A stretch of DNA of 64,000 nt from Parcubacteria group bacterium Gr01-1014_8. Lineage in GTDB: Bacteria; Patescibacteriota; Minisyncoccia; Phycocordibacterales; UBA2100. Both the position numbers and the translations under genes were made by a program. Position 1 is the stretch's first letter, and each line of letters begins with the position of its first letter. The notes under the pieces are model-generated. The model was not told the origin of the DNA. It saw nothing but the letters and a program-made list of their open reading frames with translations, and ran no database searches. The stretch is from positions 288,001 to 352,000 of the forward strand of contig VMGC01000001.1 of the NCBI GenBank assembly GCA_007376385.1, in the 5' to 3' direction. Positions 17,071 through 25,970 of this stretch are shown piece by piece.

Positions 17071-17835
17071 ATGTCTCGGCACCCTCGCGTTATCGCAATC
17101 ATTCAGGCACGCATGTCCTCAACACGCATGCCGGGCAAAGTGCTGCTTGACCTTTTACCCGGCGTATCAGTCGTGGAATACATGCTTCGGCGTGTTTCAG
17201 CAAGTACAGAAGTCGATACGAGCATTGTTGCGACCACTGATAATCCAAGGGATGCCGTGCTGGTCGAGAACATGAAGGCGATAGGGCAGTCTTTCTTTGT
17301 AGGCAGTGAAGGGGATGTGCTAGACCGATACTACAATGCAGCAAAAAAATACGGAGCCAAGGCAGGAGACATGATAGTGCGCTTAACCTCTGATTGTCCA
17401 GTCATCGATCCCAAAGAAATCGATGCGACGGTCAGATTTTATCGTCAACATGATTTTGACTACGCCTCAAACAATCTTGAGCCATACTCATTCCCTGACG
17501 GCATGGATACTGAAGTATTTTCTTTCGAGGCCCTGGAAAAGGCGTGGAACGATGCGACCAGTCAGTCGCATCGCGAGCACGTCACTTTTTATTTCTGGAA
17601 AAATCCGCAGATCTTCAAGATAGGACAGTATGTGAATCCCAAACGAAATCAGGACGAGTATCGGCTTACACTCGATTACCCATCTGACTACGTGTTACTG
17701 AAAAAAGTTGCGGAATATTTCTCGCCGCGCATGGATTACTCCATGCAGGAAATCATTGATTTTCTGGATTCTCATCTTGACGTGAAGGCTCTGAATGCGG
17801 ATGTTGCGCGCAATGTGCACTTCAAGACGGCATGA
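17071..17835 (+). CDS. acylneuraminate cytidylyltransferase-like (candidate CMP-pseudaminic acid synthetase, PseF-like)
   Basis: 254 aa. VIAIIQARMSSTRMPGKVLLDL... is paralogous to 8400-9128. Lies upstream of the pseB/pseC/pseI-like genes. Confidence 0.65.
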   Translation: MSRHPRVIAIIQARMSSTRMPGKVLLDLLPGVSVVEYMLRRVSASTEVDTSIVATTDNPRDAVLVENMKAIGQSFFVGSEGDVLDRYYNAAKKYGAKAGDMIVRLTSDCPVIDPKEIDATVRFYRQHDFDYASNNLEPYSFPDGMDTEVFSFEALEKAWNDATSQSHREHVTFYFWKNPQIFKIGQYVNPKRNQDEYRLTLDYPSDYVLLKKVAEYFSPRMDYSMQEIIDFLDSHLDVKALNADVARNVHFKTA

Positions 17836-17874
17836 CGCGACGAACAAGAAAGTTGGTGATATGCTCGGATAATT

Positions 17875-19221
17875 ATGACGATGAAAAAGACTCCGGCTGA
17901 CAGATTGCAGGGGAAGGGGCAGAAGCTCTGGAAGAAGGCCAAGACGCTCATACCTGGCGGGAACCAACTTCTTTCCAAGCGGGCGGAGATGTTTCTGCCG
18001 GATAACTGGCCCGCGTACTATTCGAAAGCGAGCGGTCCGTACGTTTGGGATCTCGATGGCCGCCGGTACATGGATGTCGGCAGTATGGCCGTCGGTAGCT
18101 GCCTTCTCGGCTATGCTGACAAAGATGTGAATAAGGCAGTGAAAGAAGCAGTTGATCGCGGTTCGATGTCCACTCTGAACGCACCCGAAGAAGTTGAGCT
18201 GGCGGAACTGCTCTGCAAGATCCATCCGTGGGCGGACATGGTGCGCTACGCGAGAGGGGGAGGCGAGAGCATGGCAATAGCTGAGCGTATCGCGCGCGCT
18301 TACACAGGACGCGACATTATTCTGTTCTGCGGATATCACGGCTGGTCGGACTGGTATCTGGCCGCGAATCTCTCATCGGATAAGGCGCTCGACGGGCACT
18401 TATTGCCGGGACTCGAGCCACGCGGCGTTCCGCGGGGGCTTGCGGGCACAATAGTACCGTTCCACTATAACAACATTGATGAGCTCGAAGCTCTTGCAAA
18501 GAAATACGGAAAGAAAGTAGCCGCAATCGTTATGGAGCCCGTGCGCAGCGAACCGCCGGAAAATAATTTTCTAAAGAAAGTGCGAAGGATGGCCGACAGG
18601 CTCGGTGCCGTTCTTGTATTCGACGAGATATCCATCGGGTGGAAACTGACATACGGAGGGGCGCATCTCCTGTATGGAGTCAACCCCGACATTGCGGTAT
18701 TCAGCAAGGCGATGAGTAATGGTTTTCCTATGGCGGCAGTGATTGGCCGAAGGGAAGTGATGCAGGCGGCGCAAAGCTCGTTCATCTCAAGTACCTATTG
18801 GACCGACAGAACAGGCCCAAGTGCGGCGCTCGCGACGCTGAAGAAAATGAAACGAGTAAATGTCACACAGCATATCAGCCGCATAGCGCGTATCACGCGT
18901 GCCGGGTGGGTGCGCCTGGCAAAGAAGCACGGACTTTCTATCGCCATCGGGTGGTCCCTGCCGTACAGTTCGTTCACGTTTACTGACCAGAAAGATACTC
19001 TTGCCCTCAAGACGCTTTTTAATCAGGAGATGCTGCGGCGTGGTTTTCTCGCTACAACGGCGTTCACTCCGTCAGCGACACATACACCGCAACACATTCG
19101 GCAGTATCTAAAAGCGGTGGACGAAGTTTTCGGCATACTTGCGGACGCGCTCAAAAAGGGGGACGTGAAGAAGCGTCTCCAAGGCCCTCCGGTCCATTCG
19201 CATTTTCAGCGTCTGAACTGA
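17875..19221 (+). CDS. class-III PLP aminotransferase (glutamate-1-semialdehyde aminomutase-like)
   Basis: 448 aa. HGWSDWYLAANL..., VFDEISIGWKLTYGG and AVFSKAMSNGFPMAAVIG (PLP-Lys region) resemble HemL-like class III transaminases. The context is glycan biosynthesis, not haem. Confidence 0.65.
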   Translation: MTMKKTPADRLQGKGQKLWKKAKTLIPGGNQLLSKRAEMFLPDNWPAYYSKASGPYVWDLDGRRYMDVGSMAVGSCLLGYADKDVNKAVKEAVDRGSMSTLNAPEEVELAELLCKIHPWADMVRYARGGGESMAIAERIARAYTGRDIILFCGYHGWSDWYLAANLSSDKALDGHLLPGLEPRGVPRGLAGTIVPFHYNNIDELEALAKKYGKKVAAIVMEPVRSEPPENNFLKKVRRMADRLGAVLVFDEISIGWKLTYGGAHLLYGVNPDIAVFSKAMSNGFPMAAVIGRREVMQAAQSSFISSTYWTDRTGPSAALATLKKMKRVNVTQHISRIARITRAGWVRLAKKHGLSIAIGWSLPYSSFTFTDQKDTLALKTLFNQEMLRRGFLATTAFTPSATHTPQHIRQYLKAVDEVFGILADALKKGDVKKRLQGPPVHSHFQRLN

Positions 19222-19303
19222 TAGCGTGCGTTGTTTTTTCGGTGTCGACTCCCAACTTGTTTTCGTTGACCCGCCGGCGAAGAGGCGTTACAGTGGGGCG
19301 CTC

Positions 19304-20287
19304 ATGTCTGCAAGCTATCTCCGCGGCAAGACAATTCTCATAACTGGCGGGACCGGTACGTTCGGGCGTGCAATGGTACAGCACCTGCTTGCGATGCCCA
19401 AGGTAAAGCGTGTCATTGTGTTCAGCCGGGACGAGTATAAGCAGAGTGTCATGGAGAGTGAATTTCATGACCCTCGTCTCCATTTTTTTATAGGTGATGT
19501 ACGCGACCGTAACCGGCTCGAGCGTGCGTTTAATCATGTAGATGTTGTTATACATGCGGCCGCTCTCAAACAGGTTCCTGCTCTCGAATACAATCCATCG
19601 GAGGCGATTGAGACCAATATAATCGGGACTCGCAATGTGATAGATGCCGCGCATGAGCGTAACGTAGAGCGAGTTTTGATCATTTCGTCTGACAAAGCGG
19701 TCCAGCCGATAAACCTCTACGGCGCCACAAAATTGTGCGCCGAACGTCTGGCGGTTGCCGCAAATTCCTATCGCGGGAAGCATGGCAAGACGCGCATCAG
19801 TGTTGTTCGATACGGCAATGTTATCGGAAGCCGCGGTTCTCTGGTTGAGATCATCGGAAAGCAGCGTCAAAGCGGTACATTGATGCTGACCGACGAGGGG
19901 ATGACTCGTTTCTGGCTGCATATCGATGAGATCATGAAGCTCGTAACGAACATTATCGGTTTGATGCAGGGTGGCGAGATATTCATTCCAAAGATGTCCA
20001 GTCTTCGTATAGAAGATGTCATGCGTGAGCTTGCACCTGAGTGCATCATAAAGATAGTCGGTATGCGGCCCGGTGAAAAAATGCATGAGACGTTGATGAC
20101 GGAGCATGAGGCGCCACGCGCGAAAGATCTCGGCAATATGTATGTCATTGTGCCGGAATTCCACCCGTGGACCGCAAAAAAAATGTATGCAAACAAAAAG
20201 TCGTTTCCAAAAGATCTGGTATATGTCAGCAATCATCCGAAATATCTTCTTTCACGTTCCCACGTAAAGAAAGTGCTAAAGGTATGA
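19304..20287 (+). CDS. pseB: UDP-N-acetylglucosamine 4,6-dehydratase (inverting), PseB/FlaA1/CapD-like
   Basis: Track ORF trimmed to the ATG at 19304 (MSASYLRGKTILITGGTGTFGRAMV...). Short CapD-type extended SDR with YGATKLCAE catalytic motif, immediately followed by a PseC-like transaminase. Confidence 0.75.
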   Translation: MSASYLRGKTILITGGTGTFGRAMVQHLLAMPKVKRVIVFSRDEYKQSVMESEFHDPRLHFFIGDVRDRNRLERAFNHVDVVIHAAALKQVPALEYNPSEAIETNIIGTRNVIDAAHERNVERVLIISSDKAVQPINLYGATKLCAERLAVAANSYRGKHGKTRISVVRYGNVIGSRGSLVEIIGKQRQSGTLMLTDEGMTRFWLHIDEIMKLVTNIIGLMQGGEIFIPKMSSLRIEDVMRELAPECIIKIVGMRPGEKMHETLMTEHEAPRAKDLGNMYVIVPEFHPWTAKKMYANKKSFPKDLVYVSNHPKYLLSRSHVKKVLKV

Positions 20288-21423
20288 AATTGCCGTACTC
20301 GCGGCAAACAATCGGCGAGGATGATATCCGTGAGGTCATACGGACGCTAAAATCTCCTTTTATCACACAGGGGCCAAAGATAGCGGAATTCGAGAAGGCA
20401 TTAGCGCGTTTTTGTCGTGCAAAGTATGCTGTTGTTTTTTCGAGCGGTACTGCAGCGCTTCATAGTGCGTACGCGGCGGCCGGTATTGGGGAAGGAGACG
20501 AGGTTATCATGCCGGCGCTTACCTTTGCCGCGACGGCAAATGCCGCGCTGTATCTCGGAGCCACGCCTGTGTTCGTAGATATTGATAAGTCCACGGCGAA
20601 TATGGATATGCGGGATGCTAAAAAAAAGATAACAAAGCACACGAAAGCTATCGTACCCGTCGATTACGCGGGGCTGCCAGCCGACCTTACAGTATGTCGC
20701 GCGCTTGCAAAAAAGCATAAACTCATTCTTATTGAGGACGGAGCACAGAGCCTCGGAGCCATATACAAAGGGAAGCCGGTTGGCACACAGGCTGACATGA
20801 CCATGTTCAGTTTCCATCCCGTGAAGACCATCACGACGGGAGAAGGTGGCGCTGTCGTAACGAACAGCAAAAAATTCTACGATTACTTGTTAATGTATCG
20901 CACGCACGGCATGACGAAGGATCCTAGGAAGTTAACAGATACAACGAAGGCCGCATGGCATCAAGAAATGCACATGCTCGGGAATAATTATCGGATGACC
21001 GATATTCAGGCGGCACTCGGAGTGAGTCAGATGAAAAAAATACGAACATTTCTTGCGAAACGACATGCGGCCGCCCGCCGGTACTTTTCTCTGCTTAAAC
21101 ATATTGAGGGACTCACGCTGCCTCCGCGCTCTTCGCTCGCGTCGTCCGCATGGCACCTTTTTGTGGTGCGCGTCGATAAAACTGTGCGTGACATGGTATT
21201 CGAAACACTTCGGGCAAAGGGGATAGGTGTACAGGTCCACTACCTGCCCGTCTATACGCATCCGTATTACAAGTCTCTGGGATATCGTGGAACGCAATGC
21301 CCGACGACGGAAGAATTCTCAGCTTCGGCGCTGTCTATTCCGCTTTTTCCGAATATTACATATCGTGAGCAGTCATATGTCGCGACTGAACTCGAGAAGG
21401 CGCTCAGGAAAGCTCGGTTTTAA
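20284..21423 (+). CDS. pseC: UDP-4-amino-4,6-dideoxy-N-acetyl-beta-L-altrosamine transaminase-like (DegT family)
   Basis: Trimmed to the ATG at 20284 (MKLPYSRQTIGEDDIREVIRTLKSPFITQGPKIAEFEKAL, compare the PseC N-terminus). PLP lysine in FSFHPVKTITTGEGG. ATGA overlap with pseB. Confidence 0.75.
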   Translation: MKLPYSRQTIGEDDIREVIRTLKSPFITQGPKIAEFEKALARFCRAKYAVVFSSGTAALHSAYAAAGIGEGDEVIMPALTFAATANAALYLGATPVFVDIDKSTANMDMRDAKKKITKHTKAIVPVDYAGLPADLTVCRALAKKHKLILIEDGAQSLGAIYKGKPVGTQADMTMFSFHPVKTITTGEGGAVVTNSKKFYDYLLMYRTHGMTKDPRKLTDTTKAAWHQEMHMLGNNYRMTDIQAALGVSQMKKIRTFLAKRHAAARRYFSLLKHIEGLTLPPRSSLASSAWHLFVVRVDKTVRDMVFETLRAKGIGVQVHYLPVYTHPYYKSLGYRGTQCPTTEEFSASALSIPLFPNITYREQSYVATELEKALRKARF

Positions 21424-21479
21424 TTACTCATGGGAGCGGGCTATAGTGGGGTGATAATGTGTGGAAGGGACACAATCGT

Positions 21480-22391
21480 ATGACTAAATCACGCCTCGTT
21501 CTCGGCACGACGCAGCTTGGCATGCGTTACGGCTTAAACAACAGCATAGGTCAGCCGTCGAAGGAGCAGGCCTTCGAAATACTCGATGCCGCTCTGGAGG
21601 GAGGTATCGACACGTTTGATATTGCCTATGCATACGGCACTGCCGAAGATGTTATGGGGGAATGGATCGAGAGCAGGAATGTGAGGGATCGTATTTTCGT
21701 CATCTCAAAAATGAAGCCGCATGTTTTGAATGATTATCCCGACGGTACAAAGGCGGTAGACATTGTCCTTGCGGAGATTGAAAAGTCTCTTAAGCGGTTG
21801 CGGCTCAAAAAACTTGACGGATATCTTCTGCACACCCCGTCGTATGTGTATCTTGCGCACGTCATTGCGGGTCTGCATAAAGCGAAGGAGCAGGGACTCG
21901 TCGGCAATATCGGCGTATCCGTCTACGACGAACACGAGGCCCTGCAGGGCGCAGAACTCGCGCTCGACTATATCCAGATTCCGTCTAACGTGCTCGATCA
22001 GCGCATGGAAAAGACAGTTTTTTGGGAACTCGTGCGGAAAAATAATGTGACGGTATTCGCGCGTAGCCCGTTTCTTCAGGGACTTCTATTGATGGAACCC
22101 GAACACATACCGCCGCACCTTGCATATGCCCGTCCGCATGTCGAAAAACTCCGTAGCATTGCGGGAGAGAATAACCTTTCGCCGGCTCAAGCAGCGTTGT
22201 TGTTCTCGTATATTCGGTCGAAAGCCAAGCACATAGTCTTTGGTGCTGAGAGTGTCACACAGCTTGCGGAAAATATCGCGACGACGAAACACGCCAAGGA
22301 GAGCGCATGGATGGAAGAAATTGACAAAAGTTTCAGCAACATCGAACGTGCGGTAGTGAACCCGAGTCTATGGAGCACCATCAGACAATAG
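21480..22391 (+). CDS. aldo/keto reductase family oxidoreductase
   Basis: Start set at MTKSRLVLGTTQLGMRYG. FDIAYAYGTAEDVMGEW and the (alpha/beta)8 AKR pattern. Confidence 0.7.
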   Translation: MTKSRLVLGTTQLGMRYGLNNSIGQPSKEQAFEILDAALEGGIDTFDIAYAYGTAEDVMGEWIESRNVRDRIFVISKMKPHVLNDYPDGTKAVDIVLAEIEKSLKRLRLKKLDGYLLHTPSYVYLAHVIAGLHKAKEQGLVGNIGVSVYDEHEALQGAELALDYIQIPSNVLDQRMEKTVFWELVRKNNVTVFARSPFLQGLLLMEPEHIPPHLAYARPHVEKLRSIAGENNLSPAQAALLFSYIRSKAKHIVFGAESVTQLAENIATTKHAKESAWMEEIDKSFSNIERAVVNPSLWSTIRQ

Positions 22392-22396
22392 GTGAG

Positions 22397-22849
22397 ATGC
22401 GATATCGGCGTGCCACAATGGGCGATAGCGCACAGCTTTTCATATGGCGCAACGACCCTGTAACCCGGGAAAATTCGCGGAACGGGAAGCTGCTCGAATT
22501 TACAGAACATACTCAATGGCTGGAAACGGCATTGCAGAATTCGGATCGTCAGATATACATCGCGGAATTTGAAAACGAGCAGATTGGTGTTGTTCGCACT
22601 GATCGGATTGGCGACGTATTGGAACTATCGTGGACAGTAGTACCCGAGTGTCGCGGAAAGGGGTTGGGAAAAAAGATGGTCGTCGGCTTCGTGATGGAAG
22701 TTCTCGGCAGTCCGTCGAAATTACGTGCCTCAATACGCAAAGGAAACATCGCGTCGGAGAAAATTGCGCTAGCGCTCGGCCTGCGCTCTGTTCGGGAAGA
22801 ATCTGGCGCTGATGGACCGCCGATGGTCGTCTGGGAGACCCGAATATGA
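22397..22849 (+). CDS. GNAT-family N-acetyltransferase (PseH-like)
   Basis: About 150 aa. The acetyl-CoA binding segment VVPECRGKGLGKKMV has the R/Q-x-x-G-x-G/A motif. Located between the pseC-like and pseI-like genes. Confidence 0.55.
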   Translation: MRYRRATMGDSAQLFIWRNDPVTRENSRNGKLLEFTEHTQWLETALQNSDRQIYIAEFENEQIGVVRTDRIGDVLELSWTVVPECRGKGLGKKMVVGFVMEVLGSPSKLRASIRKGNIASEKIALALGLRSVREESGADGPPMVVWETRI

Positions 22850-23565
22850 TCGTGAGTGTTTACACCGCAATTTCTTCTTGGAATTCAGGTAGAATCATGT
22901 GGCCGAAGATGGTACAAATGACCAATCTGTCAGTAGGGTATATGCTAAAAAAGACTCTTCGTTCGTCGTTTCCATCGATCTACCATGCGCTTTGGCGTAT
23001 CAAAGAATTTATGAGGACAGGTCATTTCACTAAGCGATGGGAGCACTACTATGAAGCAAATACAGGAAAAAGTCCGTGGATCACGGATGCGATACCTGAA
23101 CTCTCGAACATACAGTTGCCGGCTCATGTTGATACCATTCTCGACGTTGGTTGTGCATCGGGCCGTAGCTTCATACCGTTTGACCGGAAGCTTAAGTTGT
23201 GGGGCATCGATATCGTTCCGTATGGGCGCATAAAATGGGTTCGGCCATTCTCAAACCTGACCTATGAGCAGATTACTGTCGAAAAATTAACCGAGAGGTT
23301 TGAGCGCGAGGAAATCGATCTCTCGCATACATTTGTCTTTGAATGCGGAACTCTGATGTACATTGGGGCGGACTATCAGAACCGCTTCTTTAATGCCTGC
23401 CAGAAGCGGGGCTGCCGAAATTTCATGTTTCTTGATTATCCGCCAGGTACGGTAGGGTATGAGGATGAACATCTGAAGATATCGGAGGATCTTTTCAAAA
23501 AATCCGATAGTTCGATGAATGAAAAGTTGAAAGTCTACACCCTGATGGAATCTTCTCGCGACTGA
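22846..23565 (+). CDS. putative class I SAM-dependent methyltransferase
   Basis: 239 aa. ILDVGCASGRS resembles SAM motif I. Otherwise no close family recognised. Confidence 0.4.
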   Translation: MIVSVYTAISSWNSGRIMWPKMVQMTNLSVGYMLKKTLRSSFPSIYHALWRIKEFMRTGHFTKRWEHYYEANTGKSPWITDAIPELSNIQLPAHVDTILDVGCASGRSFIPFDRKLKLWGIDIVPYGRIKWVRPFSNLTYEQITVEKLTERFEREEIDLSHTFVFECGTLMYIGADYQNRFFNACQKRGCRNFMFLDYPPGTVGYEDEHLKISEDLFKKSDSSMNEKLKVYTLMESSRD

Positions 23566-23591
23566 AAGGAAGCCGTGATAGCATCGCCATA

Positions 23592-24641
23592 ATGTTCAAA
23601 ATAGGGCAAAGGGACATAGGCAGGGGAGCGCCGGTGTTTATTGTTGCGGAAGTGTCGGGCAATCATAATGGCGACATCAAGCGTGCACTCGATATCATCG
23701 ACGCGGCGGCAGATGCGGGCGCAGACGCCGTGAAGCTGCAGACATACACGCCGGATACGATGACCATCGACTCCGACCTCCCGTATTTCAAGGTTCATTC
23801 GAAGAACAGCAAATGGGACGGGAAGACGCTTTACGAACTGTATGCATGGGCGCAAACGCCGTGGGAATGGCATGAGAAACTTTTTGCACGCGCAAAAAGA
23901 CGAGGACTCATATGCTTTTCAACGCCTTTCGATGAAACGGCTGTCGATTTTCTGGAAAAACTTAGCCAGCCCGTCTACAAAGTCGCTTCGTTCGAAGTGG
24001 TTGATATTCCTCTTCTCGAGCGGATCGGAAAGACCAAGAAGCCTGTCATCATGTCACGAGGCATGGCCACAACTTCTGAACTTTCTCTTGCATTGAAAAC
24101 ATTAAAAAAAGCGGGTGCTCCAAGCGTTGCAGTGCTCCAATGTGTGAGTGAATATCCCGCCAAGCCAGAAGACATGCATCTTTCGAATATTCCGGATATC
24201 GAAAAAAGATTTAAAGTAGTCGCTGGCCTTTCCGACCACACCCTTTCCAATGATACCGTTGTCGCGGCCGTTGCTCTCGGTGCATGCATTATCGAGAAGC
24301 ATCTTACTCTGCGGCGTGCCGATGGGGGACCTGACGCATCATTCTCTCTTGAGCCGCACGAATTCAAAGAACTCGTTGCCTCTGTGCGCGAAGTTGAGCG
24401 GGCAATAGGAAAGCCATCCTTCGAGCGCTCAAAAGGAGAGGTTGCGAATCTTGCGTTCCGCCGCTCGTTGTTTGCTGTTAAAGATATCGCGAAAGGAGAA
24501 CGATTCACCAGTCAAAATGTCCGCTCTATTCGGCCGGGGCATGGTCTTGCGCCGAAAGAGCTAACGCGCGTTCTCAAAAAGCGAGCTGCAAAAAACATCA
24601 AACGTGGAGAACCCTTGTCACTTCGGCTCTTGAGATATTGA
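23592..24641 (+). CDS. pseI: pseudaminic acid synthase-like NeuB-family enzyme
   Basis: 349 aa. APVFIVAEVSGNHNGDIKRALDIIDAAADAGADAVKLQTY and a C-terminal SAF-like domain (KGERFTSQNVRSIRPGHGL). Second NeuB homolog in the window. Confidence 0.8.
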   Translation: MFKIGQRDIGRGAPVFIVAEVSGNHNGDIKRALDIIDAAADAGADAVKLQTYTPDTMTIDSDLPYFKVHSKNSKWDGKTLYELYAWAQTPWEWHEKLFARAKRRGLICFSTPFDETAVDFLEKLSQPVYKVASFEVVDIPLLERIGKTKKPVIMSRGMATTSELSLALKTLKKAGAPSVAVLQCVSEYPAKPEDMHLSNIPDIEKRFKVVAGLSDHTLSNDTVVAAVALGACIIEKHLTLRRADGGPDASFSLEPHEFKELVASVREVERAIGKPSFERSKGEVANLAFRRSLFAVKDIAKGERFTSQNVRSIRPGHGLAPKELTRVLKKRAAKNIKRGEPLSLRLLRY

Positions 24642-25963
24642 GACAACAGCATATGAGTCTTGATAATGTATCAATGCGTCTCCGCTCTCCCGAGGAAATC
24701 GAGGCGTTAGAAACCAACATTCTCACCTATGAGAACCCAGATGCGGATCCGAAATCGAAACGTGTTCTAGTGTCAGCGGATAACCCCGGGGCGTTCAATG
24801 CGATGCAACATATTGTTCGCGCGCTTATGCACGATTCTCGTTGCAGTGGGGTAGTTGCTCTTATGTCCGGCAAAGCAATGGAGAACTTCGACAAAGAATG
24901 TCCGGGATTTACTCATGTGCGCGATGAAGAAACGAGACCCGATGGTTCAAAGCGACTGAAGGGCATCTTTGAAGAGTTAGGCGATCTTTCAGAAAAACAC
25001 CCATTCGATGTGGCGCTTGTGTCCATTTCTGCGAAAGACGGTCCAGAAACATCGCTGCTCTTCGCAGGCAAAGGAGTGTTCGGTAAAAAGGGTTTTCTTG
25101 GGTTCGGAAGAATGAAAACGTATATGTACGTTGATGCGTGGGGAGGTCCAGGAGGCGCATTCAAACTACCGACCGATCAAATGGAAAAGATGGATGGTAT
25201 CTTTTGTAACGATAATCTCGCAAAGGGCATTATCCATCGTGCATATCCTAACTTTCCAGAGCAACGTATACAGGCACTCGGTTCCCCTGTTGCAGAGCAT
25301 ATCGACCCCTCTCGTGTGAAAGAGAATCGGGAAAAGGCTCGACAAGAGCTTAAGATATCGAGCGACAGTTTTGTCGTATTTTATATTGGTGATCGAGCGC
25401 GCGACTATGAAGGCCACTCGATATATAACCCTAATTCGAACATCGAGACATTTGAAAAAACGACTGATGTCCTGAAAACATGGGCGCAGAAGGAGAAGAA
25501 CCGCAATCGGAAAATTGCCTTCATTACGCGGCCGCACCCTCGCGATGAAGAAAAGGCTCGTTTCGAGAGAGTGGTGAGAGCCACCGCGAATGATATGCCT
25601 CCAAATATTCAGATTGTGTTTGCAACCGATACTGACGGAGAGCGCGATCGTCGCTTGTTTGGGCTTTGTGCAGATGCAGCAAATGTGGTGGCTGGTATTA
25701 TTCCCACAGATGTGCAGATGGCGCCTTTGAGAGGCAGTAACGGCATATACCTCGCCTTTCCAGAGCGGGGGCTGGGGAAAGACATTCAGTTGCAGATTTG
25801 GGGGCCGCTTGTAGGTTCTGTGGAAACGGAGAGGATAAAAATTGTATCCTCGGCAGGTGGGCTGGAGCGTGCTTTCGACGCATTTCTACAGGAGACTTCA
25901 TATGGATCCTCGGCATCGTCGGCAGGGGCAACGGCAGGAATAGTTGAAACAATACTTCGGTAA
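24638..25963 (+). CDS. hypothetical protein; possible GT-B-fold enzyme (candidate PseG-like UDP-sugar hydrolase or transferase)
   Basis: 441 aa. Two Rossmann-like halves (KRVLVSADNPGAFNAMQHIVRAL... / ...KIAFITRPHP...ANVVAGIIPTD). Its position after pseI, where PseG is otherwise missing, prompts the suggestion. Weak. Confidence 0.3.
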   Translation: MRQQHMSLDNVSMRLRSPEEIEALETNILTYENPDADPKSKRVLVSADNPGAFNAMQHIVRALMHDSRCSGVVALMSGKAMENFDKECPGFTHVRDEETRPDGSKRLKGIFEELGDLSEKHPFDVALVSISAKDGPETSLLFAGKGVFGKKGFLGFGRMKTYMYVDAWGGPGGAFKLPTDQMEKMDGIFCNDNLAKGIIHRAYPNFPEQRIQALGSPVAEHIDPSRVKENREKARQELKISSDSFVVFYIGDRARDYEGHSIYNPNSNIETFEKTTDVLKTWAQKEKNRNRKIAFITRPHPRDEEKARFERVVRATANDMPPNIQIVFATDTDGERDRRLFGLCADAANVVAGIIPTDVQMAPLRGSNGIYLAFPERGLGKDIQLQIWGPLVGSVETERIKIVSSAGGLERAFDAFLQETSYGSSASSAGATAGIVETILR

Positions 25964-25970
25964 TGTTTGT

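Noticed and set aside
17875-19221. Idea that ORF 16025-17065 plus 17875-19221 form a HemA/HemL (C5 aminolevulinate) pair
   Set aside because: The Rossmann protein lacks the glutamyl-tRNA reductase catalytic-Cys motif, and the context is entirely glycan biosynthesis. The class-III aminotransferase is more likely a sugar transaminase.
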